Positions 1 to 9,029 of a stretch of DNA of 64,000 nt are shown in pieces (position 1 is the first letter of the stretch; each line of letters opens with the position of its first letter). The DNA is from Candidatus Woesearchaeota archaeon (GTDB lineage Archaea > Nanobdellota > Nanobdellia > SCGC-AAA011-G17 > ARS1403). Under the pieces are notes generated by a model. It was not told the origin of the DNA, ran no database searches, and saw only the letters and a list, made by a program, of their open reading frames with translations. The stretch spans positions 17,661-81,660 of the forward strand of contig JACPIN010000001.1 in NCBI GenBank assembly GCA_016188065.1, read 5' to 3'. The position numbers and the translations under genes are program-made.

Positions 1-57
1 AAAGACTTATAAAGTAATTACTGCGTATTATACTAAGCCAGAGAGGTATATTTAAAA

Positions 58-261
58 ATGAAAATAAATTTTGATCCAAAAAATGATATAATGCGTATAA
101 AATTCCAGGAAGGAAAGTATGAAATAAGTAAAGAGATAGATGAAAATATGATAATTGATATGACTAAAGACAATAAGATTATGGCTATTGAAATTATAAA
201 CGTATCTCAAAGGATTCCAATAAGAGAAATGAGGGAAATTACTGTAGGGGTCTCCAGTTAA
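58..261 (+). CDS. DUF2283-like small protein
   Basis: 67 aa. The pattern MKINFDPKNDIMRIKF...IMAIEII resembles the DUF2283 family (MKIxYDxEAD.L.I.F...G.EIL). Confidence 0.4.
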   Translation: MKINFDPKNDIMRIKFQEGKYEISKEIDENMIIDMTKDNKIMAIEIINVSQRIPIREMREITVGVSS

Positions 262-315
262 TATTGTTTCTCAAGTCTTCTTAAAGCATGTATGGTTAAA
301 TCCTCATCATTGGAG

Positions 316-654
316 TTATAATTTCATAAGCTCAGAAGTTTTATCAGGAAGATAGTCAATTCCATCAAATTCTTTTATTAGTATTGATTTAATTTTCTTT
401 TTAACTTTAGGTTTTACATGAGTAATTATAATCTTATCTATCCCACCAATGCTTTCGCAGTCATCTTCAACAAAAACATCAGGAATAATTCTTTCAACAA
501 TATCTTTATACAGTTCATTTTTTCTGCGAGACAATAATTGACCATGCGGAAATTTGTATTTTTTAAGGACATTTTGGATTTCTTGAATTTCCTCAGGTTT
601 TCTACGAGAAGTCAAATATAAAATTTCTACGCCCTTGCTCGCCCAGCTTTGCAA
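316..654 (-). CDS. hypothetical protein, possibly a fragment (non-ATG TTG start)
   Basis: 112-aa ORF beginning at TTG. The frame continues upstream with no ATG before a stop. Nothing recognisable; it could be a gene remnant. Confidence 0.2.
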   Translation of the reverse strand: MQSWASKGVEILYLTSRRKPEEIQEIQNVLKKYKFPHGQLLSRRKNELYKDIVERIIPDVFVEDDCESIGGIDKIIITHVKPKVKKKIKSILIKEFDGIDYLPDKTSELMKL

Positions 655-797
655 TTTTTTAACTGCATTATTGATGGGAACGTAGGTTCATAATCATGCA
701 CAGATTTTTCTTTTTCTTAAAGTACCAAAATTTTCTGCAAATTTAAAAATAAAATAAGAAAGAGCACCAGAAGATATAAGAAGTTGGAGAAAAAATT

Positions 798-1049
798 TCA
801 GTTCTCATAAATATTCTTTCTATGTCCTGCTTTCAAAATTATTAAAATTTTAGTAGAATCATCAACATCAATTATCAGTCTGTAATCCCCAACTCTTAAC
901 TTAAATCCTTCTATGTCTTCAAGATGCTCAAGAAAGTGAAAAGGATTTTCCTTGCATTGTTGGAGTTTATTCCAAATTCTTTCTTTATCCTTCCTCTCTA
1001 ATTTATTCAAGAAATCTATAGCTTTCCTATCAAATCTAAGCTCATACAT
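798..1049 (-). CDS. RelE/ParE-family type II toxin
   Basis: 83 aa with the motif ...FKLRVGDYRLIIDVDD...ILKAGHRK typical of RelE/ParE. It sits immediately downstream of a small antitoxin-like ORF. Confidence 0.6.
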   Translation of the reverse strand: MYELRFDRKAIDFLNKLERKDKERIWNKLQQCKENPFHFLEHLEDIEGFKLRVGDYRLIIDVDDSTKILIILKAGHRKNIYEN

Positions 1050-1051
1050 TT

Positions 1052-1294
1052 TTACAAGCCAAGAATCTTCTTAACTTCATCTTCTGTATAGAACTCACCT
1101 TTCTTAATTCGTTCCCTTGCTTCTTTTATCTCGAGAATAGTTTTTTGGCTGAGTCTTGGCTTTTTTTCAGTTAATTTAACTAAATAAATAAGTTTTCTAA
1201 CCAGCTCATCATAACTCTCACTCTTATATTGTTTGAATTGATCAAGTTCTGCTTTTGTTGTTTGATTTAGTCTTATTGTCGTTTCCATATACAA
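1052..1294 (-). CDS. putative antitoxin partner of the RelE/ParE toxin
   Basis: 80 aa, charged/helical, ends 3 nt before the toxin start. Position and size fit an antitoxin. Confidence 0.4.
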   Translation of the reverse strand: MYMETTIRLNQTTKAELDQFKQYKSESYDELVRKLIYLVKLTEKKPRLSQKTILEIKEARERIKKGEFYTEDEVKKILGL

Positions 1295-1451
1295 TCATAT
1301 ACAAATGTAGATTATATAAAACTTCTGGTTAGGCAAAATCTTTTAGGCGAACTAAATTTCCTGTATTAATTGAATATTAAAAAAATAATAAAAAGAAAGG
1401 GCACCAAAGCTATAGGGGGTTAAAGAAGCCAAGTAGGTGCCCTTGGAAACA

Positions 1452-2531
1452 TTAAACTATATCAATCCCTAATTCCTCGCTGAATTGGATCTTCCTGACA
1501 CGCTCGTTAGCTGCCCTATCAACCTTGCCTAGGATATACGGCGAAGTAACACCTGCAATTATTGTCATCACTCTTAATTTGCCTTTCATATCCTCATTGA
1601 TCCTTGCTCCCCAGATTACATTCGCATCTTTGTCCAAGCTCTCAGTTACAATGTCTCCGATCCTGCTTACGTCATCAAGTGTCAAGTCATTTCCGCCTTC
1701 AACATGTATCAAAGCTCCAGTAGCTCCTTTGTAACTTATGTCTAATAAAGGATTTGTTAATGCCCTTCTTGTAGCCTCTTCCACTTTGTGCTCTGTATTT
1801 GACTCTCCAACACCAATGCTGCATACTCCGCAGTCGCTCATTATTGCTTTTACATCTGCATAATCCAGGTTTACCAAGCTAGGAACAGCAATAGTTTCAA
1901 CAATGCCCCTTATCATAGTGCTTATCAGCTCATTAGCAACTGCAAAGGCCTGTTGAATAGGCAAATTTCCTGCAATTGATACTAATCTATTATTATCAAT
2001 TACAATTACAGAATCACTTACTTGTCTTAGCTCTTGCAGGCCAAATTCAGCTTTATCAATCCTTGCTCTCTCAAGAGAGAATGGCATTGTAACCGTCCCA
2101 ATAACAATAGCACCAGATTCCTTAGCTATTTTCGCACAAACAGGAGCAGCTCCAGTTCCAGTTCCTCCTCCCTCTCCAGCACAGACAAATACCATGTCAG
2201 CATCTTTCAAGGTTTCTTTTATCTCCTGCACACTTTCTCTTGCAGCCTCTAACCCCTTTTGGGGAAATCCTCCTGCACCAAGGCCCCTAGTAACATCCCT
2301 TCCAATCAATATCTTTCTATCAGCGTTATGCACGTCCAAGTGTTGCTTATCAGTATTAACTGCAATAATCTCAGCACCCTGAACACCCTTTTTGTAAAGC
2401 CAGTTGACCATATTGCCCCCAGCTCCTCCGACACCAATCACTTTTATGTTGGCTTGCCCAACAGTCACATCACTAGAGTATTTATTTTGTTTAGAACTCT
2501 CACTTATAGCATTCTGCACAATAAATTCCAT
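1452..2531 (-). CDS. ftsZ: cell division GTPase FtsZ
   Basis: 359 aa. Tubulin signature GGGTGTG (AGEGGGTGTGAAP), N-terminal GVGGAGGN, and a full-length FtsZ-like fold pattern. Confidence 0.95.
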   Translation of the reverse strand: MEFIVQNAISESSKQNKYSSDVTVGQANIKVIGVGGAGGNMVNWLYKKGVQGAEIIAVNTDKQHLDVHNADRKILIGRDVTRGLGAGGFPQKGLEAARESVQEIKETLKDADMVFVCAGEGGGTGTGAAPVCAKIAKESGAIVIGTVTMPFSLERARIDKAEFGLQELRQVSDSVIVIDNNRLVSIAGNLPIQQAFAVANELISTMIRGIVETIAVPSLVNLDYADVKAIMSDCGVCSIGVGESNTEHKVEEATRRALTNPLLDISYKGATGALIHVEGGNDLTLDDVSRIGDIVTESLDKDANVIWGARINEDMKGKLRVMTIIAGVTSPYILGKVDRAANERVRKIQFSEELGIDIV

Positions 2532-2632
2532 TTTTGTTCCCCCATCCTTTTTTTATTTTCGATTGTTATTCCCCGAAAGCCGAAAGCTTTATATATAACA
2601 TAGCCTCCATACTCTCTAAGTTTTTATAGAAA

Positions 2633-2717
2633 TCGCCAATACATCAAACCCTATAGAAATGCCAAATTCAGATTGTCTCGCCAAAGACAATTAAAATCGC
2701 CAATTTGAGTTCGCCAA
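2633..2717. repeat. four exact copies of TCGCCAA in the divergent ftsZ/gatD-like intergenic region
   Basis: TCGCCAA occurs at 2633, 2678, 2697 and 2711. AAATCGCCAAT occurs twice (2630 and 2693). Confidence 0.5.
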
Positions 2718-2881
2718 AACTCAAACTAATTCTTGTTTATTTTTAATTAAGGTCGATAAAAGGAACCGCCGATTTAAATAGACTGTCATCTCACAACATA
2801 TATATTATAAAAGAATATTCTATAAAGTATATTATTAACTATATAATAACGTTTTTATACAACAAAGCTTTTCATAGAGTT

Positions 2882-3970
2882 ATGAAGACAATTTCTATCC
2901 TGCACACAGGAGGGACAATCGCCTCAAAAGTAAGCAAAAAAGGGGGGGTAGAAGCACAGTATACTGCAAAAGAAATTCTAGATTTATATCCAGAGATAAA
3001 AGAACTGGCAAACATAAGATCCCGCTTAGTCGCAAATATCCTGTCAGAAAACATGAACTTCTCACATTATAATCTTATTGCAAAAGAAATAAAGAAAGAG
3101 ATAGCCGAGGGAGTTGACGGAATTATAATTACACATGGAACAGACACCCTGCATTATACATCCGCTGCATTATCTTTCATACTAGAAAATCTTCCAATTT
3201 CAGTCATACTTGTTGGAGCCCAAAGATCTTCAGACAGAGGCAGCACAGATGCATCATTAAATCTTGTATCTGCAGTAAACTTCATTAACAAGGCCGATTT
3301 CGCTGAAGTAGCCGTTTGCATGCATGCCACGATGGAAGATACTCATTGCTCTATACTTCCAGCTTCAAAAACAAAAAAGCTTCACACCTCAAGGAGAGAT
3401 GCATTCAAATCAATAAATGCAAAACCATATGCATTCGTTTATCACGACAAAGGCATAGACCTATTAAGAAAGGATTTTAGAAAAGTAAACAAGAAAGCAA
3501 AATTAAATCTAAAATTGTTCAATCCAAAAATAAAAGTCGGAATCTTAAAAACACACCCCAACATGTCAGCAGAAGAAATAAGTTTCTACAAAAATTTTCA
3601 CGGTTTGATATTGGAAGGTACTGGTATGGGGCATGCACCAATAGAAAAAATTGACAAGTTCACATCTGAAAATAAAAAAATTCTAAACGAGATAAAAAAA
3701 TTAGCAAAAAAAATTCCAGTGGTTATGGCTTCGCAATGTATTTTCGGCAGAATTAACATGAACGTGTATGCTCCAGGAAGAAAACTTCAGGAAATAGGAG
3801 TTCTCGGCAACCTCGCAGATATGACAGCAGAAACAGCATTTATAAAATTAGTATGGCTGTTGTCCAATTACAAAAAGCCGGATATTAAAGATTTAATGTC
3901 AGAAAATCTAAGAGGAGAGATTTCTGACAGAACTTCTGCTGAGTTTTTGGAAGATGATTTCAATAAATAA
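2882..3970 (+). CDS. gatD: L-asparaginase-family protein / GatD-like
   Basis: 362 aa. The asparaginase catalytic motifs TGGTIA and HGTDT are present. It lacks the long N-terminal domain of canonical GatD, but a gatE gene lies 2.5 kb downstream. Confidence 0.7.
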   Translation: MKTISILHTGGTIASKVSKKGGVEAQYTAKEILDLYPEIKELANIRSRLVANILSENMNFSHYNLIAKEIKKEIAEGVDGIIITHGTDTLHYTSAALSFILENLPISVILVGAQRSSDRGSTDASLNLVSAVNFINKADFAEVAVCMHATMEDTHCSILPASKTKKLHTSRRDAFKSINAKPYAFVYHDKGIDLLRKDFRKVNKKAKLNLKLFNPKIKVGILKTHPNMSAEEISFYKNFHGLILEGTGMGHAPIEKIDKFTSENKKILNEIKKLAKKIPVVMASQCIFGRINMNVYAPGRKLQEIGVLGNLADMTAETAFIKLVWLLSNYKKPDIKDLMSENLRGEISDRTSAEFLEDDFNK

Positions 3971-3994
3971 TTCAAAAAAGAAAGGAGGTTAAAA

Positions 3995-4156
3995 ATGGAT
4001 AAGATAACTGTGGGAGTTATGGTTGGGATATTAGGTTTGGTTTCATTTATACAATCCTTTGCCACTCAAGGAACAGCTCAATACATATACTTTGGAGTCG
4101 GAATAGTACTAGCCATAGGAGGCACCATTTATGCAGCAAAGCAAATTAGAGATTGA
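3995..4156 (+). CDS. small membrane protein (53 aa)
   Basis: A strong GGAGG lies 8 nt upstream of the ATG. The product, MDKITVGVMVGILGLVSF..., is hydrophobic. It is below the ORF-track size cutoff. Confidence 0.35.
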   Translation: MDKITVGVMVGILGLVSFIQSFATQGTAQYIYFGVGIVLAIGGTIYAAKQIRD

Positions 4157-4412
4157 AAAAAATATTAAAGATCTAGAACATAGAAAGCTTATTAGCGATT
4201 ACAATGCTTCATTAGCAGCAATTATTTCTGCAACAATCGGAATTACAGGAATCAGCTATCAAGTCTTTAAAAATTGGATAATCTCCCTTTTCATAGGAGC
4301 CTTCGTATTTTTAATGATCAACATGATAAGAAAAAATATAAACAGAAAACTAAAAGAAAAAATAATAGAAATAAAAAATCTTGCTAATGATAAAGATTCT
4401 CAATTTGCTTAA
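4131..4412 (+). CDS. hypothetical membrane protein
   Basis: 93 aa with two predicted TM helices. No recognisable family. Confidence 0.3.
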   Translation: MQQSKLEIEKNIKDLEHRKLISDYNASLAAIISATIGITGISYQVFKNWIISLFIGAFVFLMINMIRKNINRKLKEKIIEIKNLANDKDSQFA

Positions 4413-4521
4413 CGGTACCCTTAATCTTTTTCTTTAGTTTTTTTAGTAGATTTTCAACTAAGCCTTCGTGAAATTTATCCAGCCCATCTAACATTTGTTT
4501 ATCGAATCCGCATATTGGCAT
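4384..4521 (-). CDS. small MPxCGF-family paralog (45 aa)
   Basis: MPICGFDKQMLDGLDKFHEGLVE... shares its N-terminus with the 132-aa protein upstream. Its start immediately follows a GGAGG. Confidence 0.3.
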   Translation of the reverse strand: MPICGFDKQMLDGLDKFHEGLVENLLKKLKKKIKGTVKQIENLYH

Positions 4522-4522
4522 T

Positions 4523-4921
4523 TTAACCTCCTATCTTAATTTTATTAAGATGCTCAACTAATTTCTTCATGTCATCCTTTTTTCCTTCAAGCTCTTTGTA
4601 ATACTTTCTATCCATTTCAAAATAAATTTTGTTTAATGAACTAATTATCTCTTGATATTTATCCAAACCAATTTTATTGATTAATAAATAAAATGATCTT
4701 GCATATTTAGTTAGATTCCCTATAATTTCTCTAATTTCTGAATCTTTTATATTTTTAGTTTCCTTCAAGAATCTATCCATGTCTCTAATTTCATTTTCAA
4801 TAATATCACTAGCAGTTTTATTTTTCAATTTTGATCTATCTATGATTCCATGCTCTACTAAACCCTTATGGAAACCTTTTAATCCATCCAACATATTTTC
4901 ATTAAATCCGCATAATGGCAT
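4523..4921 (-). CDS. MPxCGF-family protein (132 aa)
   Basis: N-terminus MPLCGFNENMLDGLKGFHKGLVEHG..., followed by a helical, charged C-terminus. Confidence 0.4.
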   Translation of the reverse strand: MPLCGFNENMLDGLKGFHKGLVEHGIIDRSKLKNKTASDIIENEIRDMDRFLKETKNIKDSEIREIIGNLTKYARSFYLLINKIGLDKYQEIISSLNKIYFEMDRKYYKELEGKKDDMKKLVEHLNKIKIGG

Positions 4922-4932
4922 TTTGCTCCTTT

Positions 4933-5103
4933 CTAAAGTTTAAATTTAGCCAAGTGTTTGTTAATGTTATCTAATTCTTGTTTTATTGCTTCTCCTTCCG
5001 TTTTCTTTCCTTCTTTAATCTCCTTAAGCAAGTCTTCGTAACAAGCTCCTACAAACATTAACAATCCATTGATTGCTTTTTGACTAAATCCACTTGGTGG
5101 CAT
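4933..5103 (-). CDS. small MPxSGF-family paralog (56 aa)
   Basis: MPPSGFSQKAINGLLMFVGACYEDLLKEIK... This is a third member of the same N-terminal motif family. Confidence 0.3.
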   Translation of the reverse strand: MPPSGFSQKAINGLLMFVGACYEDLLKEIKEGKKTEGEAIKQELDNINKHLAKFKL

Positions 5104-5633
5104 ATTCTTTTACCTCTTAAATTTTTTATTTTATTAAAAACATTTTTTGTTTTACTCATCAAACTATTAACCCTAGGAGCAACTACTCCAGTAAAAGCGG
5201 AATAAACTATTCCAGAAGTAATCCCTGCTATTGCTCCGGTTAACATTGGAGACGCATTGGATCTAATTGCAAGTTCGCTAGATAATCCGTAAGTTCCAGC
5301 CCAAACTTTATTTCCAACACGATCAGAAACCATAACTGAACTAATTTCTTTACCATAATCTCCCCATTTTACTCTACCATTTTCAATCAGTCTGTCTCGA
5401 TTGATACATAAGTAAGAAGCAAAATAAGTGCCATAACCTCCAATATACTGTCCAATTAATCCAGCAGTTGTAAGTGCTTCTGGGTTTGAAGTATATTCGG
5501 AAGCTAATTCTTGTGAACCCATAGAAGCAACAGTCCCAACTATGACTGAAGGGATCATAGACTTATAGACTGAGCCGAAAGTCATATTATTCTCTTTTTC
5601 ATTAACTTTATTTTCAATTGTTTCTTGTTTCAT
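5058..5633 (-). CDS. hypothetical Gly-rich protein
   Basis: 191 aa with Gly/Ala/Ser/Thr-rich hydrophobic segments. No recognisable family. Confidence 0.3.
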   Translation of the reverse strand: MKQETIENKVNEKENNMTFGSVYKSMIPSVIVGTVASMGSQELASEYTSNPEALTTAGLIGQYIGGYGTYFASYLCINRDRLIENGRVKWGDYGKEISSVMVSDRVGNKVWAGTYGLSSELAIRSNASPMLTGAIAGITSGIVYSAFTGVVAPRVNSLMSKTKNVFNKIKNLRGKRICHQVDLVKKQSMDC

Positions 5634-5738
5634 TTTTATTATCTTTACTAAAATGTCGAAAAAACACTTTTTAAAGTTTATTACCCCTGTACAGGATATA
5701 TAATAGAAAGATTTAAAACCTCAAACTACAATGATTTA

Positions 5739-6464
5739 ATGATGAATAAAGATATTCTGATCAAATTAGGATTAACGGATGGAGAATCTAAAGTCTACTT
5801 ATCTTTACTAAAAATAGGATCATCTACAGTAGGACCAATAGTTAAAGAAGCAGATGTAGCATATTCCAATGTTTATGATATCCTAGCCAGATTATTAGAA
5901 AAAGGATTAATCTCATTTATAATTAAAGAAAAGACAAAACATTTTCAAGCAGTCCCACCTTCTAGATTAAATGAGTTTTTGAATAAAAAAGAAGAAAAAT
6001 TACAAGAAGAGAAACTGGCCTTAAAATCGTTAATTCCTGAATTAGAAAAAATACAGAATCCAGAATCAAAACAAGAGGCTGAAATTTTTATAGGGTTAAA
6101 AGGGATCAAAACTGCATATCACAAGATGATAGAAGAAAGTAACAAGAAAGAAGAATGGTTATTTTTTTATGTGGATGAGGGCCAAAAAACAGATGAGTTT
6201 TATGCAAGCATGTATCCAAAATTCAAAAAAATTCCTTCAAAAGGAATAGCAAATAAGGATTATAAAAAATCCAAATTTATCCAGAGAACCAATTTTAAGA
6301 TGAAATACGTAAACTTCCCATTTCCAGGAACAATAGATATTTATAACGATAAAATTTTATTTATTTCATGGAAACCGGTTCCAACAGGAATCTTAATAAC
6401 TTCAGAAGATATAACTCAAAAATTCAAAGATTATTTTTATTCAATATGGAATCAAAAAGTTTAA
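5739..6464 (+). CDS. TrmB-family transcriptional regulator
   Basis: N-terminal wHTH LGLTDGESKVYLSLLKIG...VYDILARLLEKGLI is typical of archaeal TrmB. Confidence 0.7.
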   Translation: MMNKDILIKLGLTDGESKVYLSLLKIGSSTVGPIVKEADVAYSNVYDILARLLEKGLISFIIKEKTKHFQAVPPSRLNEFLNKKEEKLQEEKLALKSLIPELEKIQNPESKQEAEIFIGLKGIKTAYHKMIEESNKKEEWLFFYVDEGQKTDEFYASMYPKFKKIPSKGIANKDYKKSKFIQRTNFKMKYVNFPFPGTIDIYNDKILFISWKPVPTGILITSEDITQKFKDYFYSIWNQKV

Positions 6465-6509
6465 TATAACCTAAATGATGATTATCATAACCATAATGCA
6501 GGTTACAAA

Positions 6510-7916
6510 ATGCTAAACTACAAAAGCCTCGGATTCAAAGCTGGACTAGAGATCCATCAGCAAATAGATTCCCACAAATTATTCTGCAAATGCCCGTCAA
6601 TAACAAACAAGCGGGAAGCTCCTGATCTAACAATAAAAAGAAAATTAAGAGCAGTGGCAGGTCTGTCAGGGCAAAAAGATATAGCAGCTCTGCATGAGCA
6701 GCAAAAAGATAGAACTTTCCATTACGAATTTTATAATGATTGCAATTGTCTGGTTGAACTGGACGAATCTCCTGCAGAAAAGCTGAATAAAGAAGCTTTA
6801 GAAATTGCATTGCAACTCTCTCTCTTGCTAAATGCAAAAATAGTTCCAAAAATAAAAGTCATGAGGAAAATAGTTATCGATGGCAGTAACGTTTCAGGCT
6901 TTCAAAGAACAGCATTAATTGCAAAAGATGGAAAAATAAAAACATCAAGAGGAATTGTCAAGATCCCAACAATTTTCCTGGAAGAAGAAGCAGCCAAAAA
7001 AATCAAAGTTTCAGGGAAAGAGGTAACATACAGGTTAGACCGGCTGGGAATTCCATTAGTTGAAATTGGAACTTCTCCAGACATACAAGACCCTGAACAT
7101 GCAAAGGAAACAGCAGAAATTATCGGAACAATATTGCGGGCTGCAAAAGTTAGGCGCGGTTTAGGCACAATACGGCAGGACGTAAATCTATCAATAAAAA
7201 ATTCTCCAAGAATGGAAATTAAAGGATTTCAGGATTTGAAATCAATACCAAAAATTATCGAATATGAAGTCTCTCGTCTACTAAAAGAAAAGACTAAGCA
7301 GCCGGAAGTAAGAAAAGCAGAGCCTAATTTGACTACTTCATTTCTAAGGCCGCTGCCAGGAGAAGCAAGAATTTATCCTGAGACCGATGTTTCAGAAATA
7401 GAAACAAAGCATTTGATGAAAAAGATCAAAATTCCTGAATTAATAACAGAAAGATCGCTTGTACTTGAAAAGCAATTCAATCTGCAGCCGGAATTAGCTA
7501 AAGAAATAATAGAAAAGAAAATTAATTTTGGATCATTGGTAAAAAAATATCCAAGAATCTCTCCAAAATTCATAGCCCAAATAATCATTGAAATGCCAAA
7601 AGAGCTTAAAACGAGGTTCAATATAAAATATAATTTCACATTAAGCGAATTTGAAAACGCCCTTGAGTTGGCAAACGATCATAACCTGCAAAAGGAAGCT
7701 GTGTCCGATATCCTGATAAAAATGGCAAATGGAAAGAAAATAAATCCAGAAGGCTACAGGCAGTTATCTTTCGCAGAGATAGAGCAAGAAATAAAAAAAA
7801 TATTTCAGAGCAATCCGTCTCTTACGCCAAATGCAGCCATGGGGATAATAATGAAAAAATACTCTGGAAAAATAAATCCTAAGGAGGTATACGATTTTAT
7901 TAAAAAAATGCAATGA
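6510..7916 (+). CDS. gatE: Glu-tRNA(Gln) amidotransferase subunit E-like (GatB/GatE family, short form)
   Basis: The N-terminus LGFKAGLEIHQQIDSHKLFCKCPS matches the GatE signature GLEIHQQL. There is a GatB/YqeY-like tail. At 468 aa it is shorter than canonical GatE (about 620 aa). Confidence 0.65.
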   Translation: MLNYKSLGFKAGLEIHQQIDSHKLFCKCPSITNKREAPDLTIKRKLRAVAGLSGQKDIAALHEQQKDRTFHYEFYNDCNCLVELDESPAEKLNKEALEIALQLSLLLNAKIVPKIKVMRKIVIDGSNVSGFQRTALIAKDGKIKTSRGIVKIPTIFLEEEAAKKIKVSGKEVTYRLDRLGIPLVEIGTSPDIQDPEHAKETAEIIGTILRAAKVRRGLGTIRQDVNLSIKNSPRMEIKGFQDLKSIPKIIEYEVSRLLKEKTKQPEVRKAEPNLTTSFLRPLPGEARIYPETDVSEIETKHLMKKIKIPELITERSLVLEKQFNLQPELAKEIIEKKINFGSLVKKYPRISPKFIAQIIIEMPKELKTRFNIKYNFTLSEFENALELANDHNLQKEAVSDILIKMANGKKINPEGYRQLSFAEIEQEIKKIFQSNPSLTPNAAMGIIMKKYSGKINPKEVYDFIKKMQ

Positions 7917-8773
7917 ACAAATTATTAGCAACAATAATGAAAAAAAGAAAGTTTCTTTCAGCAATAATTGTCATAGTCTTCATAGCAATTTTAAGCAGGG
8001 CAGTCAATGAGCTTGGAGTTAATTACGTCGCAAACCAGCAAGAAAGAAAAAACGGAATAATAGTAGGGGCAGAGCCGATTTTTATTCAAAAAAATAATGA
8101 CATCGGCATACTTCTTATACACGGTTTTACATCTTCGCCTGGAGATTTTCGTGAGCTCGCAAATTTCCTTGCAGAAAAAAACATAACAGTCTACGTCCCG
8201 CTTCTTCCTGGGCATGGCACCCACCCAAGAGATTTAAAAAAAATAGAATATCAAGACTGGATAAATTCAGCGCAGCAATCATTAAACCTGCTGGATACGA
8301 AAAAGAAATTTGTTTTAGGCTATTCAATGGGGGGAACATTGGCATTATCATTGGCAGCAGAAAATAATCTTGAGGGGGTAATATCAATAAACTCTGCGAT
8401 TTTCCTGGCAAACAGATATGTTCCGTTTATCCCTTTAATGAAGCTTGTGCAGGCTTACACTGCAAAGAGGGCAGAAGACATAATCCAATTTATCGACGAG
8501 AAAAGAGTTGTTTATGATTCCATGCCGTTGGGCAGTGTAACAGAGCTTCAGAAGCTGATCAACACAGTTCAACTGAGAAAAATATCAGAGCCGATTCTAA
8601 TCTTCCAATCTGATCATGATAAAATCATATCTCCGGAATCAGCAGATTATATTTACAATGAAGTAAGTTCAAAAGATAAGGCACTAATCTCTCTAGAAAA
8701 TTCAACGCACAGCAAGCTAAGCAATCAGGAGGAAGCTTTCAACACGGTATATGAATTCATCTTAGCGCATTAG
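7913..8773 (+). CDS. alpha/beta-hydrolase (esterase/lipase-like)
   Basis: Oxyanion-hole region HGFTSS and nucleophile elbow GYSMGG (GxSxG). A signal/TM segment lies at the N-terminus. Confidence 0.75.
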   Translation: MNKLLATIMKKRKFLSAIIVIVFIAILSRAVNELGVNYVANQQERKNGIIVGAEPIFIQKNNDIGILLIHGFTSSPGDFRELANFLAEKNITVYVPLLPGHGTHPRDLKKIEYQDWINSAQQSLNLLDTKKKFVLGYSMGGTLALSLAAENNLEGVISINSAIFLANRYVPFIPLMKLVQAYTAKRAEDIIQFIDEKRVVYDSMPLGSVTELQKLINTVQLRKISEPILIFQSDHDKIISPESADYIYNEVSSKDKALISLENSTHSKLSNQEEAFNTVYEFILAH

Positions 8774-8777
8774 ATCA

Positions 8778-9029
8778 TCAGCCCATCAGTAATCTCTTCA
8801 TCCGATCTTTTTCCTTCTTGCTTTTTTTAATTAAGTCGCTTACTAATTTTCTTCCTTCTTTTTCATTTAGCCTTCCTTTTCTTACAAGCTCCCTTGCTAT
8901 CTTCTCAGCATTCTCCTTTGCAATAGAAGCAATCCCTACACTCAGCAAGAATCCAGTATTCAAGGCTTTTTTCACGCTGGAAATGCTTTTAGATTTTTTC
9001 ATAGTTTTTCTGGCCATTTTAAACAACAA
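8778..9029 (-). CDS. small basic protein, phasin-like
   Basis: 83 aa. The segment ...ENAEKIARELVRKGRLNEKEGRKLVSDLIKK resembles phasin-family helical proteins. It overlaps the end of the UbiB gene by 11 nt. Confidence 0.3.
   Translation of the reverse strand: MLFKMARKTMKKSKSISSVKKALNTGFLLSVGIASIAKENAEKIARELVRKGRLNEKEGRKLVSDLIKKSKKEKDRMKRLLMG

Noticed and set aside
316-654. HAD-phosphatase-like annotation for the TTG-initiated 112-aa ORF
   Set aside because: There is only a vague resemblance, no DxD motif, and no ATG. It is kept as hypothetical or a possible remnant.
1525-2603. ORFs 1525-1734, 2034-2252, 2194-2382, 2259-2603 and 2404-2598 on the plus strand
   Set aside because: They lie antisense inside ftsZ, are low-complexity and Ser/Leu-rich, and have no start context. 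They are typical shadow ORFs.
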